Positions 1 to 8,441 of a stretch of DNA of 64,000 bases are shown here, in pieces; position 1 is the stretch's first letter; each line of letters begins with the position of its first letter. The notes beneath the pieces are model-generated. The model saw only the letters and a program-made list of their open reading frames with translations. It made no database searches and was not told the origin of the DNA. The position numbers were made by a program, and so were the translations under genes. The DNA comes from an uncultured Haloferula sp. (GTDB lineage: Bacteria > Verrucomicrobiota > Verrucomicrobiia > Verrucomicrobiales > Akkermansiaceae), in the NCBI GenBank assembly GCA_965652295.1, contig CBFGTS010000001.1, positions 160,001 through 224,000 of the forward strand, in the 5' to 3' direction.

Positions 1-447
1 ATTTCCGAAGCTCAGGAAATCGCGATGGAGGTGCTGCGTGGTCACCCGGGCATCGTGGACGATCCCGAGCCAATGGTGCTGGCGGAGTCGCTGGGAGCGG
101 CGACGGTGAATCTGAGGATCTACTTTTGGATCAACATCGCCCGCTTCGGTCAGCTCAAGGTCCGTTCTTCGGTCATCCGGCTGGTGAAAAAGGCCTTCAT
201 CAAGGGTGGCATCTCGATGCCCGACGAGGCTCGTGAAGTGGTTTTCCCCGCCGGGGTTCCGGTGCGGATGGTCGGGGAGACCTCATCTCCCTCGTCTCCG
301 GCGTCGTCGGTTTCCGCCCCTCCGGAGAGGGAGACCGGCGAGGTCGCCAGCGTCGCCGAGGGCGGGCTTCACAGCGAAGCCGACGAGATTCTCGGTCAGG
401 CCCGCTCCTCGCGCACGCCCGAGGCCGGCGCGAATCTGTTGGACTGA
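1..447 (+). CDS. Small-conductance mechanosensitive channel (MscS family), 3' part only
   Basis: Frame is open from base 1. 'HPGIVDDPEPMVLAESLGAATVNLRIYFWI...KKAFIKGGISMP' resembles the MscS C-terminal cytoplasmic domain. The start lies outside the window. Confidence 0.7.
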   Translation: MSEAQEIAMEVLRGHPGIVDDPEPMVLAESLGAATVNLRIYFWINIARFGQLKVRSSVIRLVKKAFIKGGISMPDEAREVVFPAGVPVRMVGETSSPSSPASSVSAPPERETGEVASVAEGGLHSEADEILGQARSSRTPEAGANLLD

Positions 448-466
448 AAGCCGCGCGACGCTCCGC

Positions 467-1837
467 TCAGATCACCTCGCCATACAGCGTGAACCCGGTG
501 CTTTCGTGAATCTTGAGGTCGAGCAGCTGGCCGGTGAGCTTGTTCGCATCGCCTTCGAAGATGACGATCTTGTTCTGGCTCGTGCGTCCGCCGAGGCGGG
601 CCTTGTTGTTTTTGCTGGGGCCTTCGCAGAGGACCTGCTGGACGGTGCCGACGAGGGCCTCGTTCTTCGCCTTGGTGATTTCGTTGATGACCTCCAACAG
701 CCGCTGGTTGCGCTCTTCCTTCACGCGTTCGGGGAGCTGGCCGTCCATTTCCGCCGCCGGCGTGTCCTTGCGTTTGGAGTAGCGGAAGATGAAGGCGTTG
801 TCGAAACGGAGGCGCTGGCAGGTATCGATGGTTTCCTGGAAATCCTCCTCGGTCTCGTGGGGAAAGCCGACGATGATGTCGGTGGTGATGGCGAGGTCGG
901 GCCGGGCGCCCCGCATCTTCTCGCAGATCTCGACGAACTTCTCGTTCTTGTACGGCCGGCGCATCAGCTTGAGAATGCGATCGCTGCCGCTCTGCATCGG
1001 GAAGTGGATGTGGGAGGCGAGCTTGGGCAGGTAGGTGAAGGCGGCGACGAGGTCGTCGCGGTAGCCGATCGGATGCGGCGAGGTGAAACGGATGCGCTGG
1101 AGGCCGTCGATTTCGTGAACGGCTTCGAGGAGCTGCACGAAGGGGGATTTGCCATCGATCTTCTCGAACTCGGTGCGGCCGTAGAGGTTCACGATCTGGC
1201 CGAGGAGGGTGACCTCTTTCACGCCGTGATCGACGAGCCGCTTCACCTCCTCGACGATCTCGGGGATCGGGCGGCCGCGTTCTTTTCCGCGGGTATCCGG
1301 GACGATGCAGAAGGAGCAACGCATGTTGCAGCCCTGCATGATGGAGACAAACGCGGTGGCTTCGTGGGCTTTCGGGACGTGATCGCGGATGGTGTTCTGC
1401 GAGCCGGTTTCCTCGTCGGTGTCGCAGACACTTTCGCCGGTGAGCGAAAGCGAGAGGTCGTCCATCCGGCGTTCGAGGCGCCGGCTCAGGATGCCATCCA
1501 CGTATTCGAAAACCTTGTGGTATTTCTGGGTGCCGACGACGACATCGAGGTGTTTGATGCGTTCGAAAAGCTCCGGCCCGCGGCTTTGGGCCATGCAGCC
1601 CATGAAGCCGTAGACGACGTGGGGCTTCTCCTTCCGGTGGTGGCCCATGAGGCCCATTTTTCCGAGGGCCTTCTGCTCGGCCTGGTCGCGGACCGAGCAG
1701 GTGTTGATGAGGATGGCGTCCGCCTCGGCCTCCTCGGTCGTGAGCGTGTAGCCGCCTTCGACGAACATCTGGGCGACTTGCTCGGAGTCGCGCTCGTTCA
1801 TTTGGCAGCCGTAGGTGCGGATGTGGACTTTGGGCAC
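467..1837 (-). CDS. miaB: tRNA-2-methylthio-N6-dimethylallyladenosine synthase
   Basis: N-terminal TYGCQMN, NTCSVR and GCMAQ; radical-SAM CNMRCSFC; C-terminal TRAM domain. GTG start. Confidence 0.96.
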   Translation of the reverse strand: MPKVHIRTYGCQMNERDSEQVAQMFVEGGYTLTTEEAEADAILINTCSVRDQAEQKALGKMGLMGHHRKEKPHVVYGFMGCMAQSRGPELFERIKHLDVVVGTQKYHKVFEYVDGILSRRLERRMDDLSLSLTGESVCDTDEETGSQNTIRDHVPKAHEATAFVSIMQGCNMRCSFCIVPDTRGKERGRPIPEIVEEVKRLVDHGVKEVTLLGQIVNLYGRTEFEKIDGKSPFVQLLEAVHEIDGLQRIRFTSPHPIGYRDDLVAAFTYLPKLASHIHFPMQSGSDRILKLMRRPYKNEKFVEICEKMRGARPDLAITTDIIVGFPHETEEDFQETIDTCQRLRFDNAFIFRYSKRKDTPAAEMDGQLPERVKEERNQRLLEVINEITKAKNEALVGTVQQVLCEGPSKNNKARLGGRTSQNKIVIFEGDANKLTGQLLDLKIHESTGFTLYGEVI

Positions 1838-1934
1838 GGGCCGGGAAGAAAGGGGAAATCCAGCCGCCGGATCAAACCGAAAAAGCGCGTGGTGGCTGGA
1901 CGCGGGGTGGCGGGCTCCTCAGTTTGTCGCCGCG

Positions 1935-3260
1935 ATGCACCCCGGGTCCCTGCGTGCCTACCGTGATTCCCTCCTCCGCCAGCCGCCGGTCTGGCTGTTG
2001 GTGCTGTTGGCCGTATTCTGGGGGGTGTCGGAGTGGGGCGAGCCGGGATACGAAGACCCGGCGGAGGTGGTCGAGTCGGTCGAGCGCTGCGCCGACGTTT
2101 CCCTGACGCTGGCTGAGAAGCTGGGCGAGTGGCGGAACCCGGTCGCGCTGGTGCTGTCGGAGGGCGACCCCGGTGAAATCTCGGAGTGGGTGACATCGGA
2201 CCTTGCCGAGGAGGACCTGCGCGAGCTGACCGACGTGGATGAGTTTTTCACGCGGACGCTGCCGGAGGACGCGGATGAATGGCTGCTGGCCTCGCTGGCG
2301 CTGACGGGGGACAAGCCGACGGCGGGTGAATGGGCGAGGCTGGAAGAGGATTACGACGGGCTGCCGCTCTATCGCTGGGAGGCGGACGCGCTGCGGGAGC
2401 TGGCGGGCGATGCAGGACCGGAGTGGGTCGCGGAAACGGTGGAGGTTCGGGGAGAAATGGAGCGTTGGATGGTGACCTGCACCTTGGCGGCGGCGGCGGC
2501 GACCTTGGCGGCGATCCTCCTCGGACTGCCCGGTCTTTCCTCGGTGGGGAAGGCGCTCCGGAGTCCGGAGTCTCCGCGCCGGGCGATGGCGATGATTCCG
2601 TGGCGGTGGGTTTGCCTGACGTTTCTGGTCGCGGAGCTGGTGGCGAACTGGCTGCTCACCCGCGCTTACGACGGGCTGGTTTATTTCGAGGACTGGCCGT
2701 TCGCGCTGGATGTCTTTCTGGACGCCGTCTGGCGGATCGGTGGGGCGGTGCTGTTGGTGGGATTGCTTTTTCCGCGGTGGCGGGACGCTTGGCGCTTGTT
2801 CGGGCTCGATCGTCCGTGGCAGGCGAAAGTCAGCCTTGGCATGCTGGCGGTGCTGTTGATGGCGAGCTCGGCGTGGTATCCGGTGGCGTTGGAGTGGTTT
2901 CCGGATTCGGCGGCGCTGCTTTTCGACGAGGATGGGTGGGGCGGCTTGGGCTACGCGCTGCTTTCCGGCGTGGTGCTGGCACCGGTCTGCGAGGAGATCG
3001 TTTTCCGCGGCTGCTTGTTCGGCGGGTTGTGGTCGCGGATCGGCTTCTGGCCGGCGACCTTGCTGTCCTCCGCGGTGTTTTCCTCGATCCATCACTACGG
3101 GGTCGCGGGCAGCGTGGGGGTGTTCGGGATCGGAGTGGCGGCGTGCGTGCTTTTCCGCCACACGAAATCGCTGAAAGGCCCGATGCTGGTCCACGCGGCC
3201 TACAATTTCCTGATCACGCTGGCGGTCTGGCCGGTGTATCAGGCTCCGTATTCCGTCTGA
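1935..3260 (+). CDS. CPBP/Abi (CAAX-protease family) intramembrane glutamic protease with long N-terminal extension
   Basis: EEIVFRG, FSSIH and HAAYN motifs in a multi-TM C-terminal half. Confidence 0.85.
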   Translation: MHPGSLRAYRDSLLRQPPVWLLVLLAVFWGVSEWGEPGYEDPAEVVESVERCADVSLTLAEKLGEWRNPVALVLSEGDPGEISEWVTSDLAEEDLRELTDVDEFFTRTLPEDADEWLLASLALTGDKPTAGEWARLEEDYDGLPLYRWEADALRELAGDAGPEWVAETVEVRGEMERWMVTCTLAAAAATLAAILLGLPGLSSVGKALRSPESPRRAMAMIPWRWVCLTFLVAELVANWLLTRAYDGLVYFEDWPFALDVFLDAVWRIGGAVLLVGLLFPRWRDAWRLFGLDRPWQAKVSLGMLAVLLMASSAWYPVALEWFPDSAALLFDEDGWGGLGYALLSGVVLAPVCEEIVFRGCLFGGLWSRIGFWPATLLSSAVFSSIHHYGVAGSVGVFGIGVAACVLFRHTKSLKGPMLVHAAYNFLITLAVWPVYQAPYSV

Positions 3261-3327
3261 GCGCGGTGCGAAATGCGGACCGCAACCGGGCTTGCCAGCC
3301 CGCGGGTCCGCCCCGATGCTCCCGCCC

Positions 3328-4593
3328 ATGATCACCGCTTACGACGTGGTGGATTTCTTCAGGCCGAACTTTCTCCTCCCCGGGTGGAAGAAGGAGGCAA
3401 AGCATCTGGTGAAGGGCGCGAAGAAGTTCATCCACTACAAACGCGACCTGCTGCCGGCGGACCGGATCGCCGAAATCGAGTCGCGGCGCATGGACCTGAA
3501 GTTGGCGCTGCAACGCAGCGACCGCAAGGCGACCGAGGAGGCCGGCCGGCAACTCCAGGACACCTGCGAGCGGGCGACCTCGAAGGTCTTCCACCAGAGT
3601 TGGTGGGAGGAAAACCTCGAGGTCATTTTCGTGGCGTTGGTCGTGGCTCTGGGCCTGCGGGCCTACATCGTGCAGCCGTTCCGGATTCCGACGGGGTCGA
3701 TGCAGCCGACGCTGAACGGCATCGTGATCCGCAACGAAGGTCCGGGTTTCGAGGCCCCGTGGTTTGGGAAACGGGTGTGGGATTTCCTGATCAACGGGAA
3801 GACCTACCAGAAGATCATTGCCGACGCCGACAAGCAGATTATCGGCAAGCGTGATCGTTCATGGTTTCTTTTCACCCGCACGGAAGTGATGTTTTCCGAT
3901 GGTAGCACGATGAAAATTCCAGCGGCTGGGGGGGAAGTGGCGGACACCTTCGAGATCAAACAATTCCGAGACCAAGCCGGAGGCATCCGGGAGATTGGCA
4001 AGGCTTACGAAAAGGGCGATGTCATCCTCAACGGCTCCGTCACCACCGGTGACCTCGTGCTGGTTGATCGGATTTCCTACCACTTCCGCAAACCGAAACG
4101 CGGCGAGGTCTTCGTGTTCGATACCCGCGCGATCCCGACCGGCGGCGACATCACCCCGGAACTTGCCGCGCAGGCGGGCGGATCCCACTACATCAAGCGC
4201 CTCTGCGGCGTGCCAGGCGACGCGCTCTCGATCGATCAGCCGGATCTCCTGAACCACGGCGAAATCGTTCAGGCTCCCGGAATCCGTCGCGTGGCCGAAC
4301 GGGAGGGCGAGTATGCCTTCACCTACGACGGCGAGCCGCGTCTCGGCTATCACCTGGCGGACAAACGGAACGCCGCAAATTTCCGCCGTCCACCGCTGGT
4401 GGAACCGGGCGACGTCTTTCATCTCGCCATTTCCGAACAGCAGGGGATGAGTGAATACGCCGCGCTGGGCGACAATACGGGCAACTCGCTCGACTCCCGC
4501 TACTGGGGCGCGGTGCACGAGTTCAATCTTGTCGGGCCCGGCTGGGTTTCGCTGTGGCCCTTTGGCTCGGGCCATTGGGGCGGGATCGATTGA
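3328..4593 (+). CDS. lepB: Signal peptidase I
   Basis: QPFRIPTGSMQPTL (catalytic Ser), YIKRLCG (Lys), GDNTGNSLDSRYWG. N-terminal extension of about 100 aa. Start uncertain (3316/3328 or later). Confidence 0.92.
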   Translation: MITAYDVVDFFRPNFLLPGWKKEAKHLVKGAKKFIHYKRDLLPADRIAEIESRRMDLKLALQRSDRKATEEAGRQLQDTCERATSKVFHQSWWEENLEVIFVALVVALGLRAYIVQPFRIPTGSMQPTLNGIVIRNEGPGFEAPWFGKRVWDFLINGKTYQKIIADADKQIIGKRDRSWFLFTRTEVMFSDGSTMKIPAAGGEVADTFEIKQFRDQAGGIREIGKAYEKGDVILNGSVTTGDLVLVDRISYHFRKPKRGEVFVFDTRAIPTGGDITPELAAQAGGSHYIKRLCGVPGDALSIDQPDLLNHGEIVQAPGIRRVAEREGEYAFTYDGEPRLGYHLADKRNAANFRRPPLVEPGDVFHLAISEQQGMSEYAALGDNTGNSLDSRYWGAVHEFNLVGPGWVSLWPFGSGHWGGID

Positions 4594-4658
4594 CTCGTAG
4601 GAGCACGGATGACGCAGCCAGGCCGGAACAGCCATGATTCCCGGAACCTCGTAACTGG

Positions 4659-5498
4659 ATGAGCGAAGCGGTCGACATCACCAAGCAAGCCAAGTCGAAC
4701 CTGGCGTTCGCCCTGAACATCCTGCCCAAGGATCGCCGGGACGATGCGGTGATTTTCTATGCCTTCTGCCGCATCATCGACGACCTCGCGGACGACCTCC
4801 GCCAGCCGGTGGAAACCCGGGAAGCCGCGCTCATGGAGTGGCAGCGCGGGCTTTCCGAGGGCTTCCCGGAGCCCGATGAACTCCAGCGCCAGCTGCTCGC
4901 GATGGCGGAGCGCCGTTCAATCCCGATGGAACTGCTGGGTGCCATCGTCGAAGGCTGCCGGATGGATCTCCACCCGCAGCGTTTCGAGACCTGGGAGGAG
5001 CTTTCCGAATACACCTGGAGGGTCGCCTGCGCGGTGGGGCTAGTGGCCATGCGTATCTTCGGTGCCCGCGATCCACGGACGGAAAAATACGCCGTTTCGC
5101 TCGGTCATGCTTTGCAACTCACCAACATCCTGCGCGATGTCGGCGAGGACTGGGGCAACGGCGAGCGCGTTTATCTGCCCATCGCCACTCTGCGAAAGCA
5201 TGGCTACACCGTCGAGGAGCTCGCCGCCGGAGTGCATGACGAGCGTTTCGTCGCGCTGATGCGCGAGGAGGCGGATCGGGCCGATCAGTTTTTCGCGGAG
5301 GCGGGGAAGCTTCTGCCGGAGGGCGACCGCCAGTCGATGGTTGCCGCGGAGATCATGCGCTCGATCTACTCGTCTCTTCTCGACAAGATGCGGCGCGATC
5401 GGTTTCACGTTTTTTCCCGCCGCTACCGGTTGTCGAAAGCCCGCAAGCTGGCGATTTTCTCCAAACACCTCATCGGGACCGGCTTTTCGCCTGAATAG
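4659..5498 (+). CDS. Phytoene/squalene synthase family protein (HpnD/CrtB-like)
   Basis: YAFCRIIDDLADD, VACAVG and QLTNILRDVGED...RVYLP motifs. Confidence 0.9.
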   Translation: MSEAVDITKQAKSNLAFALNILPKDRRDDAVIFYAFCRIIDDLADDLRQPVETREAALMEWQRGLSEGFPEPDELQRQLLAMAERRSIPMELLGAIVEGCRMDLHPQRFETWEELSEYTWRVACAVGLVAMRIFGARDPRTEKYAVSLGHALQLTNILRDVGEDWGNGERVYLPIATLRKHGYTVEELAAGVHDERFVALMREEADRADQFFAEAGKLLPEGDRQSMVAAEIMRSIYSSLLDKMRRDRFHVFSRRYRLSKARKLAIFSKHLIGTGFSPE

Positions 5499-5527
5499 CC
5501 GGAGTCGGAACACGTTTCATTCAGCAC

Positions 5528-5992
5528 ATGAACCCACGAATTGCGATCCTCGGAGTGGCACTGACCCTGGCGTCGTGCACGACCTATCAACAAAGTGGTG
5601 CCGTGATCGGTGCCGTCGCCGGTGGCTTGGCCGGAGCGGCATTCGGCGACGACCATCAGGACGTGGTGGCCGGAGCGGCTGTGGGGGCGGGCCTCGGTGC
5701 CGGGGCCGCGGCGGTCCACGAGAACGAAGTGCGGAAACGGAATTATGACCGCTACGGCATCCCCCAGCCCGAAGGAGGTCCGCAGGATGGCCGGGGATAC
5801 GAGCAGGTTCCGCCCGAGCCGGAGCCGGAGCCGAGGCGTGCGCAGGGCGACTACCCGACCGCGAACCCGAGCGGGGTGCCCGGTCAGGTGATCAGCCCGT
5901 ATCCGCCCTACAAGAAGATCGACGTGAGCGGCTTCAACTCCGGCCAGCTCGCGAAAGATCCGACCACCGGGAAGATCTTCCGGGTGCCGTGA
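5528..5992 (+). CDS. Glycine-zipper lipoprotein
   Basis: Lipobox LASC, GAVIGAVAGGLAG...GAAVGAGLGAG zipper, Pro-rich linker, C-terminal 'VISPYPPY..IDVSG...DP.TGKIFRVP'. Confidence 0.75.
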   Translation: MNPRIAILGVALTLASCTTYQQSGAVIGAVAGGLAGAAFGDDHQDVVAGAAVGAGLGAGAAAVHENEVRKRNYDRYGIPQPEGGPQDGRGYEQVPPEPEPEPRRAQGDYPTANPSGVPGQVISPYPPYKKIDVSGFNSGQLAKDPTTGKIFRVP

Positions 5993-6020
5993 CGGTCCGA
6001 GATCGATCGCCGGAGGCTGA

Positions 6021-7151
6021 TCATCGGCCGTAGAGCGCGTCGATGAGCGCGGTGGCGCGGATGCCGGGCATGACGCTGAGTTCCATCTGGTTCATCACGT
6101 AGGCGAAGCTCAGGCGGCTGTCGGGGTCGGCGAAGGCGTGGCTGCCACCGGCACCGGGATGACCGAAGGCATGGGTGGCCGGGCCGTAGAGATGGCGGAA
6201 CTTGCGGCCGATGTCGTCAAGCGGGTCGAGCTGGCAGCCACAGGAAAAGGCGGTGGGCTTGAGCAGGACGAGGTCGTCGCCATCGACAAGGCGGGCGGCG
6301 AGCGCCGAGTGGACCTTTTCGCTGAACGGGCCGGGAATGTGGCCGGCGACGACTTGGTAGAACTTCGCCAGCGCCGAGGCGGTGCCGACGCCGCCCATGG
6401 CGGGAAAGCCGGCGGACCAGGCGGCGGGGTCGTTCATTTCCCGCACCGATCGGACGCCGCGGGGCGACGAGAAGGCGCGCTGGGTGAGGCTGCCCTGCTG
6501 TTGGAATGCCTGATAGAAGCCCTCCTTGAAATCCTTCGGCGTGGCTTTTCCGGGGTAGAGGGTGGCGACGCGGTGATGCTGGCTTTTCGGCAGGCCGATC
6601 CAGAATTCGAGGCCGAGCGGCCGGGCGATGCGTGACTGCCAGAACCCCGCCAAGGGCAAACCGGTGAGGCGGCGGACCGGTTCGTCGATCAACGCGCCGA
6701 AGGTCCGCGGATGGTAGCCGTGGCCTTCGCCGAGCGTCCACGCGGGGGTCTGGGCTTCGATGGCGGCGACGACTTCATCGTGCCGCCAGAGGCTCGCCGG
6801 TTGGTCGAGAGCGGCCATCCCGCACTGGTGGGAAAGGAGCTGGGCGAAGGTGGCATGGGGCAGGGGAAAGCCCGGCCAGACCTCGCCGACGGGGGTTTCC
6901 GGACCGTAGCCGTGGTCTTCGAGGGCGAGGAGTAAAGCGGCGGCGGCGGGTGCCTTGGTGGCCGAATAGACGGGAACGAGGGTTTTGGTCGTCCACGGGT
7001 GGCGGTGTTCCTTTTCGCGCCAGCCATCGGCCTCGGAGAGCACCTCCTCGCCATCGACCCACACGGAAACGGAGGCACCCAGCTCGCCGCGGGAGCGGAA
7101 ATTTTCCGCGAACTCGCTGAGGAGGGCTCCGAATCCCGCGGGTGTCACCAT
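6021..7151 (-). CDS. Serine hydrolase, beta-lactamase-related (family VIII esterase-like)
   Basis: SxxK (YSATK), LLSHQCG, HGYH, FGHPGAGGS. Confidence 0.9.
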   Translation of the reverse strand: MVTPAGFGALLSEFAENFRSRGELGASVSVWVDGEEVLSEADGWREKEHRHPWTTKTLVPVYSATKAPAAAALLLALEDHGYGPETPVGEVWPGFPLPHATFAQLLSHQCGMAALDQPASLWRHDEVVAAIEAQTPAWTLGEGHGYHPRTFGALIDEPVRRLTGLPLAGFWQSRIARPLGLEFWIGLPKSQHHRVATLYPGKATPKDFKEGFYQAFQQQGSLTQRAFSSPRGVRSVREMNDPAAWSAGFPAMGGVGTASALAKFYQVVAGHIPGPFSEKVHSALAARLVDGDDLVLLKPTAFSCGCQLDPLDDIGRKFRHLYGPATHAFGHPGAGGSHAFADPDSRLSFAYVMNQMELSVMPGIRATALIDALYGR

Positions 7152-7204
7152 GGCGGGGGGAAACTCCGGAAGCCGGGGCGGAACTGCAAGAATGTTTGCG
7201 GTGC

Positions 7205-7672
7205 TCAGGGCAGCTTGCCGAGGGTGGAGAGGTCCTCGTCCTTGGCGGCGAGTTCGCGCAGGCGGCCGTTCATTTGGAACGCCCGCCGCAGATGCGAGCG
7301 CGCCGGCCCCTTTTCGCCGAGGACCGCGTGGTAGCAGGCGATGTTGTAGTGAAAGAGAGGATCCTCGATGAGACAGGTGGGCCCGGTCATGAGCCAGTTC
7401 CGCGCCGCAGCGGTGTCGCCGGTTTCGTGGAGGCAGTAGGCGGCGTGGATGAAAAACCGCGGCTCCTTCGGCTCACGCAGGCAGAGCAGTCGGCCGGTGT
7501 CCGCGCCGGCATTCCAATGGCCGGCTTTCATTTCCGCGACGAGCTTCAGCTCCAGCGCCTGGAGCCGCATTCGCTCCCGGGCGTCGAGGCTGGAAAGCTC
7601 CGCCAGAGCTTCCTCAGGCGACCCGAGTTCCAGCCAGCCGAGGGCGGAGGTCAGGGTTCTGACGAAATCCAT
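7205..7672 (-). CDS. TPR-like helical repeat protein
   Basis: ALGWLELG..EEALAEL, AYCLHE, YNIACY...A..HL..AF repeats. Confidence 0.75.
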   Translation of the reverse strand: MDFVRTLTSALGWLELGSPEEALAELSSLDARERMRLQALELKLVAEMKAGHWNAGADTGRLLCLREPKEPRFFIHAAYCLHETGDTAAARNWLMTGPTCLIEDPLFHYNIACYHAVLGEKGPARSHLRRAFQMNGRLRELAAKDEDLSTLGKLP

Positions 7673-7869
7673 CACTGGCACGATACCCAACGGCCCCTCC
7701 CACGCAAACCTTCGTTTGCTGCCCGGAATGGTGGGCCATGGAACGGTTCGTATCGGGGCGGGCGGGACGTGATGGAAATATCTCCCGGAACACTTGGCGT
7801 GAGCGGCGACATTTCCTGATTGCCCCGCCGGCGCTCGTGTCCGGCGGGCAAAAACCTCCTGAAAAACCC

Positions 7870-8388
7870 ATGCAATCCCGTGCCTTCCTCCTGGCCGGCC
7901 TTGCCTCGGCATGTATCGGAACGGGCTCCGCGCAGCTTTTGTTCGAAGATACCTTCGAGCGGCCGAACTCCAGCGACATCAATGCCGCGACCACCGGCAT
8001 CACGAACCACACCGGAACGACCTTCACCGCTGGAGCGTGGAGGGAAAACTACGAGGCGGATGCCAACGTCAACCGCACCAACATCGGTGGCCTGAACGGC
8101 GATGCCGGCAACAACGACAACCCCGGGATCTTGTTTCTCGCCGACGGAGTGGGGACCTCGAACGTTTATGTGAACCACAATTTCACGAACGCTTCGATCC
8201 TGGCAGCCGGTGGGTTCGCAGTGGAAACGAGCTACCGAGCGGCACCCGTTTCGGCGCCGCCGATGGCGCAGGCTCACTCCTGCTTCAAGATGTCCCTCCA
8301 CGGCCCGGCTATGCGGCGAAAGCCTTCTATCGCGCGACCTCCTTCCACTGGCCGGCTCCCTGAGCCAGCCGACCGCCCTGAGATTTGA
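7870..8388 (+). pseudogene. Probable remnant of a secreted multidomain protein gene (internal deletion)
   Basis: Signal peptide plus the first half of the domain that is repeated in the next gene (FEDTF.R...TSN.Y.NHNFTNA.ILAAGGF). Similarity ends near 8225. A C-terminus-like peptide (...KAFYRATSFHWPAP*) lies in another frame, ending at 8363. Confidence 0.6.
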
Positions 8389-8441
8389 TCAACCCAAGAT
8401 GCACGCCGGGGCTGCCGATGGCAGCCCTGGCCTCACTTTCC

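Noticed and set aside
206..1966. Long alternative-frame ORFs (e.g. 206-1966, 24461-27310, 46103-47653, 52094-53587)
   Set aside because: Antisense shadows of well-supported genes, expected at high GC; no recognisable motifs.
6021..7151. Beta-lactam resistance gene
   Set aside because: No signal peptide; motifs fit family VIII esterase-like serine hydrolases, so resistance cannot be supported.
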